64,000 nucleotides of DNA from Basidiobolus ranarum (GCA_040143965.1 JASJQH010000005.1:1-64000), one strand, 5' to 3'; shown: positions 16,451-33,736, numbered from the stretch's first letter. The notes: generated from the letters alone by a model not told the origin. Numbers and translations: made by a program.

Positions 16451-17354
16451 ATGGAGCTACCACTTGTGCAGTATAAACGTTCAGAATATATTGAGACGGT
16501 ATATTTATGCTGAATTTACATTCAATTATTTACTTAAAGATGCTCAATCTCTTTGTGGACTTTATCTAGGACACTGGAAACAAAGTTAGTCGCAAATCAG
16601 TTATTTGTGGTAGTCAAAATATTATTCTAGGAGGAAAAGTATGCCCTTTATTGAAGCGTTGGAATTCTCTAGTTGGATTACATTTGTTGAAATAAATCCT
16701 TTCGAATCTTAGACAATCATCCAAACAAACTGTGTTATTCGCGGTGATCTGAGAAGAACCGGTGGTGGCCATGCTGTGGTAGTAGCTATTGGAAGATATT
16801 GTTTACTTTCTCAAGGCTCTGTCATCCGTCCACCTTACAAAACATACAAGGGGTATGAAACATTTGACCTCTGACTCTAGTTTCTCACTATAGCTTCTCA
16901 AATTATCATGATTTTAGGATATTTAGTTACTACCCTATGAAGATTGGAGACCATGTATCCATTGGTGAAGGAAGTATAATTGAAGCTGCAACCATCGGCT
17001 CTTACGTACACATTGGAAAGAACTGTATTATTGTAAATACACGTATACATTAGTCAATCTTCAGACATTTTTGCTGACTGGAATACTCTCAATATCAGGG
17101 ACGCTTTGCTATTATCAAAGATTGCTGCAAAATTGAAGACAACACAGTAATTCCACCTAACACCGTGGTCCCGTCTTTCTCTGTATACTCCGGATCGCCA
17201 GGTATTTAGCTTGATTTCTACCAAAACTTGCACATAATTTACAGATATTGTCAATCTTGTAGGTATTTTCGTAGATGAGCTACCAGAGTCCACTCAAGAA
17301 ATGTTCGAGGCTCGAACCAAAGATTACTATTCCAAATTCACTCCTGGAGAATAA
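16451..17354 (+). CDS. DCTN5: Dynactin subunit p25, multi-exon (missing from the ORF track)
   Basis: Hand-spliced [16 protein letters not shown]^[23 protein letters not shown]^[13 protein letters not shown]...[18 protein letters not shown]^[10 protein letters not shown]. Confidence 0.93.
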
Positions 17355-17700
17355 TTACAAACTCACTTCGCCCTCCCTGTTGATGTGATGTGACCGTGGT
17401 TGTGATAATCGTACTCTTGTATTTTACATAATATTAATCTCTATTTTATGGAATAAAGTCTCTTGAATGCTTAAAATACCCATATTTTATGTATCGTATT
17501 CTATTTATTTTCGTATATTTTTATTTGCGATAATTGGGAGATAAATTATCGATGTTTCATAAAGTTGTATTTAAATAATCCAATAGATAAACTCGTGAAT
17601 ATCCTTTTCCAACACCCGAGTCATTTAGCGATTGAAAAAAATTGAAAGCAGGCGATTGGTAGGGCAGATTTCTACAAATGGCCACATGTCAGATTGTGGG

Positions 17701-17714
17701 CCTTCCTCTTTTCT
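17701..17714 (+). promoter_or_regulatory. Pyrimidine tract (TCT/5'TOP-like) upstream of RPL9, followed by a probable 5'UTR intron at 17754-17845
   Basis: CCTTCCTCTTTTCT, then a GTTAGT...ACTGAC...CATAG intron ending 15 nt before the ATG. Confidence 0.5.
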
Positions 17715-17860
17715 GCATTCTCATCCGTTTCAAACCGTTCGCCGGCACGAGTGGTTAGTATCTTGCGTTCATACAGTTGCATCCATCATCAATTGTGTTA
17801 TCATACTTGTTGAGATAGTAATACTGACAATGATCCTCTTCATAGGGATAGTATTTCAAA

Positions 17861-18430
17861 ATGAAGGATATCTACAAGGAAGAAGAAATTACCATCCCTG
17901 AAGGTGTTACTGTTGACATCAAGGCCAGAGTTGTCCGTGTCCAGGGTCCTCGTGGTACTCTCAGCAAGGATTTCCACCATGTCAACATGGAGATCAGAAA
18001 ATCCAGCGCTAACCAGGTCCGCCTTGCTGTCTGGCATGGTGCTCGTAAGCACGTCGCTTGCATTCGTACTATTCGCTCCCACATTCAAAACATGATCACT
18101 GGTGTCACTAGAGGTTTCCTTTACAAAATGCGTTTTGTATATGCCCATTTCCCCATCAACGTGAACATTTCTGATGATGGTGAGTTGGTTGAGATCCGTA
18201 ATTTCTTGGGAGAGAAGGTCATCCGTAAGGTCAAGATGTTGGAAGGTGTTACCATCCAACACTCTGAAGCCCAAAAGGATGAGATCATTCTCCAAGGAAA
18301 CTCCCTTGAGAACGTCTCTCAATCCGCTGCTTCTATTCAGCAATCTACCCGTGCTAAGAACAAGGATATCCGTAAGTTCTTGGATGGTATCTACGTTTCT
18401 GAGAAGACCAACATCGTTCTCGAGGAATAA
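17861..18430 (+). CDS. RPL9: 60S ribosomal protein L9 (uL6)
   Basis: 189 aa; [39 protein letters not shown]; strong codon bias. Confidence 0.98.
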   Translation: MKDIYKEEEITIPEGVTVDIKARVVRVQGPRGTLSKDFHHVNMEIRKSSANQVRLAVWHGARKHVACIRTIRSHIQNMITGVTRGFLYKMRFVYAHFPINVNISDDGELVEIRNFLGEKVIRKVKMLEGVTIQHSEAQKDEIILQGNSLENVSQSAASIQQSTRAKNKDIRKFLDGIYVSEKTNIVLEE

Positions 18431-18880
18431 ATTCGTTTGAGTAAAATTTAAAAGCTGTCTTGTTTCTTTCTGAACTTCTCTGTTCTGACTAGAGATTTTA
18501 GCTCATGCTTTCTGAATTTCCATATTTTATGGGCTCTGAATATCTTGAATATATTACTCATTAAATAAACCAATATGAGTCACTGTTGATTTAGCTCTAT
18601 TTTTTTTTGTTATTATCTCTCTTGTGTGAGAAGGGTTTTTTTTTGCAGATCTGTTAGTAACATGATGGCTGCATAGTACGTGTCGAAACATGCATTCATA
18701 CTGTACTATCAGAAACGCGTATGTGTTTCGGTGTCTTGTTTATTGAAATTGGGTGACGTCTAAACTTATCAAAATTATGCTATTCGTAACGCATTTTTTA
18801 ATGTGAGATCAAGGTCAATAGTACATTATATTCTGTTTATACATGAGTGTCACCACTTGCCGTTTTTCTTTTTGGAAACA

Positions 18881-21261
18881 ATGGAGCAGGATATACCTAC
18901 GCAGGATGAACTTGACACCATAAAAAGAGTCAACACTACCACAACTTTGAGTTTTCTTAGATATCATAGGGAACAGTTAGCTGGAAATGCGGTGGAATAT
19001 TACGCTGACTTCGTCTTGGTGTTCAAATATAAACTACCCACATCTAAATCCACTCCTGAAGAACGTCAAGAAAATGAGCAGGAAGCTATTTCAAGTTACC
19101 GATTACTAACTGCTCAGATACGTAAAGCTGGTTTGGAATTTGAAGCCAGGAAAGGTTCCTCGGGGAAACTTTTGTTGTTTATATTATGCCCAGCCACAAG
19201 GCTAAGAAAAGAATTTGAAAATTCTAGGTAAATACAGGTTCATATGAGATTTTGAAACTCTCATTAACTCAACATCTTATAGAATACAAGACTGGCTTAC
19301 AGGCGTCAGTGTATCTGCTGTTGGAAGAGGTGATAATGTTGCCCGTTCGTTACAAGAAGGCGCCAGTTCTAACGTTGAGCTAACCGACTCGGACCGCCTG
19401 CGCTTGATTCACCATATCATAGTGGGCGCCGAAGAGGATGGTTGTGCCGGGCTTGACCCAGAAAATACCGAAGCAGTTGAGTCCTTGTTCCCTATTCACG
19501 ATCGCAAGTATAACAAAGTAGTGTATAATTGATATGATTCTGTTAACAGTCCGCTTGCTAAACAATTTCGCATCTTTAACACATTAGAAATGGCTTAAAA
19601 AATGGTCTACCTCATGGCGAATCAAACAAGACGATCTACAAGATTTGAGAAATCATTTCGGTGAAACGGTATATTGAGATTTTCTTTGGTTATTCCATAT
19701 CCTGTTGAGTAATGCTTATCCCGTCTATTAGATTGCATTTTATTTTGAATTCCTCCAGTATTACTTCTATTCTTTGGCAATTCCAACTGCTGTTGGTATA
19801 CTGGCTTATTTCATGAATGGTGAATTCTCCATCATATTTTCTGCTTTTATGGTTTGCTGGGGTGTGGTGTTTTTGGAGCTGTGGAAACGACGTGAACGCG
19901 AATTAGGTATTTGGTGGAATGTTAGGAATTGCTCCAAAGTGGAGAAACGTAGGCCGGCATATATTCCCTCAAGCACTATGCGAGACTCCATTACTGGGGA
20001 TACAATTTATTATACTCCTATATGGGAGTCGTGGGGTAGAAGAGTAGCTACTATTCCGGTCATAATTCTAGGAGGACTCTTGTTCTCGTTGGTAGTTGGT
20101 GTAGTGTTTGCTGTAGAAGTATTCCTTAACGAGCTTTACCAAGGACCATTCCATGAATACTTGGTATTGTTTCCGGTCATCTTATATTCCGCCAGTATTC
20201 CTTATCTTAGCCAAGTGTATACCGATCTAGCACGCAAACTCAATGACTTCGAAAATCACGAAACGGACTCTCAGTACAACGCCTTCCTAACCTATAAAAT
20301 ATGCTTGGTAAACTTCCTTGTTGGGTTTTTGTCAATATTCTTAGTTGCTTGGGTATATATTCCTCAAAAAGACTTGTTGGAGCAACTGATTGTAGCCAAG
20401 TCTTCCATCAAAACTGCTCATCATAGTGTCGGGCCAGAGAGACTTCAAGCTCAATTGATGTACTTTGTTTTGACCGCTCAAGCTATCAGCTTTGCTACTG
20501 AAGTGATTGTTCCTATAGCCACCAGATACGCAGCAAATAAGGCACAGAGCATAAAAGAAAAGGTCACTCACCATTCTACTAGTGAGGAGCTAGATGAGTT
20601 TGTGCGCGAGGAAGAAAAGGACTTTGTAAGTAGAATTATCAACGAAAGTAAATTGCCTCAATATGATGTCTACGAAGACTATGTCGAAATGATCACCCAA
20701 TTTGGCTATGTTACCTTGTTTTCATCTATCTGGACCTTGACTCCCCTAGCTGCCTTCGTCAACAATTGGGTTGAGATGCGATCCGATGCCGCAAAGATCT
20801 GTATCAACACCCGACGCCCCATTCCAAGTCGCACAGACACCATTGGTCCTTGGTTGGATAATTTGAGTATAATCTCCTGGCTCTCATCTTTAACCAACAC
20901 CGTGCTCGTGTACCAATTTCGCCATTGGAATCAACAAGCGGATCCAAATTCATACTCGTATACCCACCGAGTGATCTATGGTATCGTAATTGCAGTATTA
21001 GCCGAACATGCATTCTTTCTGTTTAGACATTTTGTTCAGGTTGTAGTGAAATCTGTACCTAGTTGGGTCGACGATATTATCAGGAAAGAGGAATATGAAA
21101 TGAAACAAGAGATCTTGAACTCTAACAGCCATACAAGCAACAAGATGGATGCAGAACAACTTGACTCACAAACTAGTACACAAACACCTAATGCGTTTAA
21201 AGTCCAAGAAGCTGTTGAAGTCGGTATTTCGGAGATTCAAAGTTTCTTTAAAAACACGTAA
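18881..21261 (+). CDS. Anoctamin/TMEM16 lipid scramblase or channel (Ist2-like), multi-exon
   Basis: LRNHFGET^IAFYFEFL; LELWKRRE; YDVYEDYVEMITQFGYVTLFS..W.LTPLAAFVNNWVEMRSDA; DTIGPW. Confidence 0.93.
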
Positions 21262-21985
21262 CTTCAAATAGCCATTGCTATCCATATCTAAAGCTATGCC
21301 TTCAGTCATTGATGAATAAAATACAAGCAATAATTTGTAAACCTAAACAACCCTGTAATATGGATTCATTTAAACAATTTTGTGAATAATGTCTACGAGA
21401 ATAATCGTAGTTAAAACTGGCCCAGAAGCTTTGGTGAATGTATTGATTATAGTATATAGACTGCATATTTAAAAAGTGTTCAATGAGATTTCTGCGCAGT
21501 CGATATTCTAAGAGATGGCATGGGCGTAGATGCTTCGGTCTTAGGAAGTTGTATAGAGAATTTACCTCCTACTGCGGGCATTATTTTCAACAATTTTATA
21601 TCCAAGCATTAGTAACCATGCAATGCTTCAAGACTTAATACAGTAAAGGTCGGCATTCAAATAAAGAAATTTCGAACTCATAAAGATGCCGCAGAGTTTC
21701 ATGAAAAGTGAAGTACTACATACTACGTTCAGCTGGTCTTTGATTTAGGTAAACACCATAAATCCACGTTTGAATGTACCGCAGCAATATTTAGCAAATC
21801 ATAATCCATCATGGCCGATATTGTTCGATTATTCTACTGAAAATTTTATCACACAGTCGAGGTGATCAATAGAAGTGGAGTAATCCTCGGTACAACTTAA
21901 TTAGAATAATTCTCTTGATTTATCTAATTATTATTTTGAGGACTTTGGTTTTCTTTATACTAGAAAGCTACTTGTGTTTTACACG

Positions 21986-24926
21986 ATGAACCGACTTCTA
22001 CGTACCCGCTCACTTCTGAAAGAAGTCACTCATATTAGTAGTAGAAATCTGGGGTTTTCTAGTAAATCCTCTCTCCCCAAGTCTCTCACTAAATTTCACT
22101 TAGAAACCAGACACTCCAAGTTTCATACTTTATCAAGACAATTCTCGAAACCGTCTATACCCATAGAGCCTATATTTGCCCCCCTTCCCGACTCTATTGC
22201 AGCAAACTTATCTAAGGCTAGCGAAAGCAGAAGTTATGAGAAAGAAGAGGGACAACGTCAGATCTTTTCTAGTTCAGCTCCCGACGATAAACCAAACGAC
22301 GGTAGTGATCCACAAGATGGTAATTCTCGAACTAGAGGCCGTCGTTCACGTAAAACTAAAGATAAGAAAGTAAATGGTGAATATGTTCCAAGCATCCCTT
22401 CGGACTTTATGCAACTTAGATATAAAAGTTCCGACGATAATCAGGCAGACTTTTCGTCCATATTATACCCATTATCAGAATCTGTGAAGCAGGAGGTAGT
22501 TCTTTCTATTCAGGCAGCTCTTATTCCTTCACCACAAGATTCATCTGCTCAAGGACGTAGAAGCAACATCCTACTCGAATGCTCAGCTCCTGGTGCTTCA
22601 GCTTACCTTGATGGTCTGGTTGAGTGCTCAGCCAAAGAGCTTGGTGCTGATATTCTTTCCTTCGATATTCACGATCTAATGGTTATGACTACTGATATGT
22701 TCTCGCGCACTAATGGTTTGTTCTCTTTATTAATAGACGCAATTATCGATTTTCTTACTAACATTATTTCATGTAAATAGTTAACCCATGGCCAATATTT
22801 CCCAACAATTCAATGATGCCTTCTTTCCCCGGTTCTCCATACGTTTCCAGCGATTCTTATGGACAAGATGATGATGATGATGACGATATGGACGACGAAG
22901 ACGAAGGATGGCAAGATAATGGCAAACCAGGCGTGTTAGTTATGGGACAGGGTGAGCCTTTTGGATCAGTTGGCGAAGCTTACAAACAGAAGATGGAAGA
23001 AAAATTCGATCGATTCTTTACCTCTTTACTCTCTAGATCCAATAATTCACTTGACGAAACTAAACCTTTGATCGTTTATTTCAAAGATTTCTCTCAGTTG
23101 GGTAACTCTCGATTTTCTGTAACTGTTCTAAAATCTTTAATGGAAGTTACCCAGAAAGAACGTCAGAAGGGCCGACGTATAGTGGTTGTTGGAGGGGTTA
23201 CTCCTTCTCTTTTAAACCCTGTCAGTGATGCCAAAAACCAACTGGTACAAGACATCTCCTCTGTAGTGATGCAGTTAGTTGAACGAGCTTCGTATATCCC
23301 CAATTTCTATCAAATCTCAATCCCTACTCCTGAGGTTGTCAAAAATTTAGGGAATGAAACAAACACGGAAGAAGGTAAAAAATGGAATCAGGTGCTCCAG
23401 GAAAATAGAGAAAAGTCTATTCACGAAATGAACGTCAAGAATATCATCAGTCTCTGTATTCGTAAAGGAGCTTCAGTGAATTATTACGATTACCAGAATT
23501 TTGGCGAAAATCTTCGAAATCTCGATGGTATATTTGAAGAAGTTTGGAGCTTTGAGAAGGTTCATCGATTAACTACGATAGCGATTGGAAGCGCTAGTAG
23601 AGATCATCAAGGAGCCGATGCTTCAAATGTCCAACTGGAATTTGATCACTTTCAGAAGGCTTTAGAGGTTGTAAACAATAACCTTGCTCTTCGCCCTGAT
23701 GTTCTCGCTAGTAGAATACAAAAAGAGGCAGAAGAAAAGGATCCTCTCAGTAGAAAAAATGTCTCCAGAGATGATTGCAATTCTTACGAAAAGAAAATGC
23801 TAAGCTGTGTGGTAGATGCACAGTCTATCAATTCCGGATTTTCGGATATTTGCACAAACCCCTCAACCATCCAGACTCTACAAACTCTGATCACTCTACC
23901 ATTGTTGCGCCCTCACCTTTTCGCTAGAGGCGTTTTGGCGAGACATTATATTTCTGGTATGCTATTGTTTGGCCCTCCTGGTACCGGTAAAACTTTACTT
24001 GCTAAAGCCGTTGCTAAAGAAAGTGGAAGCAATGTATTGGAGATCAAAGGAAGTGATGTGTATAATAAGTATGTGGGTGAGGGAGAAAAAAGTGTTAAGG
24101 TATTGTTTAGAATTTTAAAATTGCAAGATGAAGGTTACTAAAGCTATTTTCTAGGCCATTTTCTCTTTAGCACGTAAACTTTCGCCATGTGTGGTATTTA
24201 TTGACGAAGTAGATGCCCTTTTCTCTTCACGTAGAAGTGATTCTAACGGCTCTGGAAAACGAGAAATCATCAATCAATTTATGGTTGAATGGGATGGTTT
24301 GACATCTAAAAACTCAGGCGTAATCGTCATGGCAGCTACCAATAGACCATTTGACTTAGATGATGCAGTGCTCAGAAGAATGCCACGTAGAATCTTAGGC
24401 AAGTGCATTCATCAAACTAGTTCATCATTTCAATTTACTAATCTTTCTACGGATTATAGTTGATCTCCCTCAACAGAAAGAGCGTGAGAATATTCTCAAG
24501 CTTCATTTGCGTGAAGAAGCCTTAGACTCTTCAGTGGATCTGAGTAAAATCGCCCAACAAACTGCATTGTATTCAGGGTCAGATTTGAAGAATGTTTGTA
24601 TCAGTGCAGCATTGAATGCTGTGAAAGAAACCATCACCAAAGAACTAAACATCCATCACCCAGTGGATCCAACCAAACCTTTAGATTTATCCCTGCTGAA
24701 TAAATCTGGAGCCGCACAAGAGGGAAATCGTCCGCTCTCCCAAGCCGATTTTGATAACGCATTACTGCAAGTTGCCCCAAGTTGCTCTGATGAAATGCAG
24801 AGTGTTTTGGAATTACGCAAATGGGACAAAACCTATGGTGATGGTGCTAAAGCTCGAAACAAGAAATCTGGCTATGGATTTGGGATGACTGAAGCCCCCA
24901 ATGCTCCAGTTCAACAGAGTTCTTAA
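21986..24926 (+). CDS. Probable mitochondrial AAA+ ATPase: degenerate N-terminal AAA plus C-terminal Msp1/spastin-clade AAA; 4 exons
   Basis: Arg/Ser/Leu-rich presequence-like N-terminus; Walker A GPPGTGKT, Walker [27 protein letters not shown]. Confidence 0.88.
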
Positions 24927-25389
24927 GCACATGACTTTGATTCAATCTTCAACCCGGAACGCTTCACTTTTTGTATTAGATATTTGTTCACACTTTTTTT
25001 GCATAATAAGATCGGCAGTGTAAATTAAGAATTACTTAGGAATTGCTTCATCTAAGCTGCCTTATAGCACGCAATTCAACGACCAATATTTTTAATCTCG
25101 ATAGATTATTCTGCATTCCATTCTCACACATTCCAAACTGACATTCATAAAATTTATAATTTATCCCCCTTCATTATAAAAAGTGACTGACATTTCCTAA
25201 CCTGACTTCCTCAATTGACAAAGCTCTGGTTAATGTGTTTTCAAAGAAACCAATTAATTGGTGAATGGATATTATTGCTAAGGCTTGATTAGGTGACAGA
25301 TTAAGTGTATCACCTCAAACAATATAATGAGTTACCCGAGCTTATTTCCGATTGCTGCGTTCGAATACAGCATTTGTAACACACTCTTG

Positions 25390-25396
25390 TGACTCA
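25390..25396 (+). promoter_or_regulatory. Gcn4/CpcA (AP-1) consensus site upstream of the SPX-phosphoserine phosphatase
   Basis: TGACTCA about 220 bp before the ATG; near-match TGAGTTA at about 25328. Confidence 0.5.
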
Positions 25397-25609
25397 TAGT
25401 GGGGGAGTTTGTACGCATTAAGTAAAAGAGATCCAAGTAGTCACAAAAGAGTAGCAATTCACTTCATAGATAGAGTCTCGAGAATGAATGCATTAAAATT
25501 TTGTATATTAATGAATGTACGCGATTTTCCTCAACTCTCGACGTTTCTCGTGCACTTTCAATAATTATCTTGGAACGAGTCTTCCCGACTCTACAAATTA
25601 TTTTGAATC

Positions 25610-27741
<2,132 letters not shown>

Positions 27742-28366
27742 CTGTTGGTACCTATCATTGAACCTGAATACCATATACAAGCATAAACATTATTTTGTTC
27801 TGTCTATTGTTAGATTTATTTTCACTAATACAATAGCTTTCATCAAATCATCACTTGGTCATGTTGAAGTATTTTGGGAGTTTGTTGCAAGTGGTTTTTC
27901 AAACTAGAAGAATTGGTGATTTTCACTTATTGATTTATTGAGTAGAAAGTTGACATTTATAGTTTTGTCAAGATGTAAACAAGTAAACATGTAGAATGTG
28001 TTAAGGAAGGTCCCAGAAACATATGTGCAAGGTTTGGGGCTTCTAGCACAAGTTTGAAAAATCTATATATCTGAGAACTAAGTAAATTCCTCATGAGAAT
28101 AATGGGTGATATCTTAGTGAAATATAGAATAACCAAATACTAAGCTATATATGACTATATAGGTGTTTTGGCAATGCCAATTTCAAGAGGTTATTCCCAC
28201 TAGCCATGTTTCTAGCAACAAAAGGAAATCACTTTATAATATTTGCTCTTTATTTTGCTCCATTGGTTATCCACAGTTATTTAAGTTTCAAAAGTTTTAA
28301 TAGCCACTTGGCAAGCACCAGTTATTTGACCAAGACCTCTCACAAGTGATAGAAAAGTTGAGTAGA

Positions 28367-29403
28367 TCAAACAAAATATTCTAGTGACAAGCTTAAACCG
28401 ACGGAAGGTCCTATGAGGTTGATATACGTAGGGATGTAACTAGTGAGGGATAACTCTTTCTCCCCAATGACCTCCTTTAGAACACTTGCTGTCTCACATG
28501 GGTGTAATCTATAAAATGGGGTTCTCAAAATTGGATGCTCCTAAACACACAAAATTCAGTCAATGATCAAGTTTGAAAATGATGTATATTGGTTATTTAC
28601 CATACAAGTTAAGCCTCCTCCATATTTGACCTTTTGTATATCATCCCGTAAGTGAGCTGAGGTTAGTTGAAGTATTTGAGAATCGGACAAGTAACTTCCT
28701 TCTGTATAACAATGAATGGTGAAAATGAAAATCTAGCCATTTCAAAGAAATATAGACCGTAAAAAAAAATACCATCAGACCATCCACGTACATAAATCTC
28801 AGGAACCTCATATGTTGGAGAATATACTATATGATACTCCAAATTCCATAGAATTTTCCCATTCTCGCCAATATCTACATGATTAATAATACATTATTAC
28901 AATAATGATTTAATGATTTAATACAAATTCAACGGGAATTTCTATTTCCTTTGTATTACCAAAACGACTGGAATCATTTTCTTCTAGTTCGATTTCGGAA
29001 AGTTCTATCGTTTCCTCGGAGGTGGTAAACTCAGTAATTACCTGAGTCTTTCGATACTCTAAATAACCAACTTTCATAAAAGAGTGCTGATCACATTAAC
29101 AAAAAACTTTAGTAAAAGTCTCTCCTTTATCCTAAATTTACACAAAGGAAAATAATTGCTGGCGTCTACATCAGTTACTTGACAGAACTAAATCCTTTCG
29201 TTATCAAAGTTATTTACAAACTTGCCACTTTCCTATTACCTTTGTCCACATTTAAAATATTTGTTTACATAAAAAGCAATCTAATGAAAATTTAAACTCA
29301 CCTTAGTTTCTTGCCATTGCCAAACGTTATTTCCTAAAGATACACCTTGTTCTATGAAATGCTTACAGGCAAGTTCGAATTGCACTCTAGTTAAAGTAAT
29401 CAT
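28367..29403 (-). CDS. ATG10: Autophagy E2-like enzyme Atg10, multi-exon
   Basis: Hand-spliced MITLTRVQFELAC...LEYHIVYSPTYEVPEIY...EHPILRTPFYRLHPCETA...YINLIGPSVGL; catalytic HPC motif. Confidence 0.85.
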
Positions 29404-29800
29404 AATTGAAAAAGATAGGAAACCACCAAACTTTAGTTGCACAAGAGTCTTAATAATGCCTAATATATATAACATTAATACATGTTGGACATACTCGTAA
29501 ATTTGTAAAATTATTACTTCAACAATGGAATTTTAATATCTTCAGTCAAGAATCCGTTTATTTATAATATTCAATCAACTTGGCCGAAATAATAATAATG
29601 CGTTAATAAATTCTAAAAAATTCTTAGTGAAACCATAGACCAAGGCTATTAGTAAACCACTGGGGATTCCTAAGAATGAACAATGAAAATGAAACAAAGC
29701 GAGGTGGATGATAGAAGAGGTTTGTGAGTAAATGTGAAAATGTAACGAAGTGCAATATTATACAACTATTGTTGATTTAGGGGATATTTGTGTGGGTGGA

Positions 29801-30865
29801 CTATAGAAGGGTTTCACCAAGGGCGCACCGTGCAAGAGAACATCCAACAGCAACTGTCTGGTACAAACTAGCTTCATCACCAAGAGCAGGATTAACCTCT
29901 ACAATATCAGTTGCAACAAGGCATCCAGTTTCGTATAAGGCTTCACAGATGTAATGACCTTCACGGAAGGTCAATCCACCACGAACTGGTGTACCGGTGC
30001 TAGGAGCAACGCTTGGGTCGAGAGCATCAACATCAAAGCTTAAGTGAAGAGGACGATCGCGGTTGGGGTTAACGTGATCAAGAGCCATTTGAACAACCTG
30101 ACCAATGCCATATTTGTCGACCTCATGCATCGAGAAAGATTTGATATTATACTTCTTAAGAATCTTCTTCTCAGCGTCATCAACATCACGTAAACCGATG
30201 TATACCAAACGTTCAGTTGGAAGAGCAGGCTTAACCCATTCAAATTCGGGGGTCTCACCAGCAATTCCAGTCACGAAAGACAGAGGGCAGCCGTGTAAGT
30301 TGCCAGATTCAGTGGTTTCGGGAGTATTGATATCCTATTTAATGAACAAATATTAATAAAGGTGTGCGTTGTATGAAAAACCTCAAAAAAAAAACTTACA
30401 GCGTGAGCATCGACCCAAATAACACAAGCATCAGGATAGGCAGCCAAAGTACCAGAAACAGTAGAGATACCAAGACTGTGATCACCACCAAGAGTCAGGA
30501 CAAATTGACCTTTCTTGGCGTGAGACTCAACAACCTTGGCAACAGCCTGGGTAACTTGTGAAACGTAGCGAGGATTCTTCATGTTCCCAATATCAGGATC
30601 TTCCGCAGGGCGTAAGTGTTCAAAGCTTCCAACTTCACCAGAGAAATCTACTTCCCAGCCTAATTCTTTGATTTGATCAATAATTCCGAATTCTAAAAGA
30701 CGGACCGGGCCTTCATCAACACCATCTCTAGGCTTGAAGAAAATAGAGTTACAAAAAATACGACATAGCAGGTAAGATAGAGTTGAGAAATACCTGGCCA
30801 CCACTGAAAGGGACAGGGACAACGGCAACAGTGTTGGTTTGGGAAACAAACTTATTTTGAACCAT
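29801..30865 (-). CDS. CAR1: Arginase, 3 exons
   Basis: VPFSGGQ^PRDGVDEGP; LGGDHS; WVDAHA^DINTP..SGNLHGCP; SFDVDALDP..APSTGTPV.GGL. Confidence 0.97.
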
Positions 30866-32587
30866 CTCGGAGCAGTTGAAGATTTAGTGAAAAAAAGCAC
30901 CGATGAGTTTAGGAAATGTGAGGCTGGCTTTTAAACAAAAGCCATGGAGTTGCATGACCATATGAGGTAGTTCTTTGGAACCAATAATCGCTGTGCACCT
31001 TTAACCGCTTAATAAGACATGAGCGCAGGTGCAAAATTTTAATCTACAAGATCCAATAGATTTGCATTTGAATTCAAAATACATATATATAGCTATTCGA
31101 TGTGTTTATCAGATTTGCCCAAATAGCCGTCCAAAAAAGGAATCCCGTTAAAACTCGGCCCAAAATAGTTTCAGTGCTAATTTTTCTTCATTTGTCACTC
31201 AGAAATCACTTTAAAGTTTTCTCTTCTCACAATTGACCTAATCCAAATGGCCGGGTTCCTGGTGACAAGTAGAGAATTCTCCCACGGAGTTCCCCTGAAA
31301 TTCCGTCATTTCTCAGAATCATTGGTGGGAATCCCATTGGCTAAGTATCTAGCCAATGATGACGAACTGGATTGGTAACGTTCAGTAGTGTCCAATTCTA
31401 TGTTCGTAGCTTTAAACAAAGATTGACTTGATTTATTTGCAACAGAGCAATAGGGCAAATGATGCAATCTTTACCGAGAATACATATGGCTCCAGGGCAC
31501 ATGATAGTGAGATCCAAAGGACACTCTTCGGATCGAGTTTTGGAGATTGTACGGCTGGGTTGAAGTAAAATGGTGATCTGTAGTGTAGCCATTTATTCGT
31601 CTCTACATAATTAGTAATCCAAGTCTGTTGACCATGTGGTCTGATCAATTAAGGTCGTGATACAATCATTTCCAAACCCAAGCGGAACGGATGTGAGTGC
31701 TTTCTCACGTCCTCGTTTCGTTCCACTCTCAACCGTCTTTAAACGAGCAATTATTATATTGTACTTTCTATATTATATATATATCCATCCCTTTCTTCAT
31801 CTTCCACCTCACTTCATTTGCACTGACCTGTTGAGCTTTGGGCTGTAAGAACCGATAATGACCAAAATCTGATAACTCAGCATGAAAGATGCTATCCAAA
31901 AGGAGAATATCGAGGATAAGCTATAGTTGGGCATTTAAATCGTCCTAGTGGTTGACAAGCTGCAATGCCAATACTAACTCAACTCAACCCAATTTATTTC
32001 ACACTTCATTCAAATTTCAATTCATGAAACCGAGTTACTCGTTCGGGTTTACGTTCCTTAACTACCTTACGTAATCATCATATAAACATGCTCTGATCAA
32101 TAATCAGTTTTCGTAACTGTGAATCTTTTTGCCAACAAATTCGCCATACTCTCACTTCGATCATTCAGGGTTAATTGGCTGTTTATATTTAAACCTATTA
32201 TTAATTACAACTGTGATTTAGTGATGACAATTGTATCTATGAGTAAATGTACTGTTGTCTCAAATCTCCCAATTGAGTTCGATTTCGTCAAGCTTAGAAT
32301 GGTGACCTTATTAATCCTGTTAGGACACATTCCCTGCCAAACCATAGCCCCTTTTATTGCTACGCTTCTATCTAGCTCAAACTACACACTTTACATTTAC
32401 ACTTATATCACTTCTAAATATTGACACCAGGTTAGCATTTCATACACATTCTACAATCGCCAGCCAGGTTTACTTTTGCAACTGTTAATACGTTACATAT
32501 TAAGTTGACTTAAAAGCCATATTGTAGATCTACTTCAAGCTTTGGTTATTAGAGTATTTTATATATCCTGAAAGCGATCATACTTAG

Positions 32588-33736
<1,149 letters not shown>

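Noticed and set aside
17840-18343. 167-aa antisense ORF over RPL9, and similar shadow ORFs over GlnRS, arginase, SRPK and DES1
   Set aside because: Explained by codon bias of the real gene; no recognisable motifs
21483-21812. Possible small gene between anoctamin and the AAA ATPase (faint Asterix/WDR83OS-like resemblance on the minus strand)
   Set aside because: No splice model avoids in-frame stops; resemblance too weak
28367-28540. Suspected frameshift in the last ATG10 exon
   Set aside because: Re-reading shows a continuous frame from HPC to IGPSVGL and the stop
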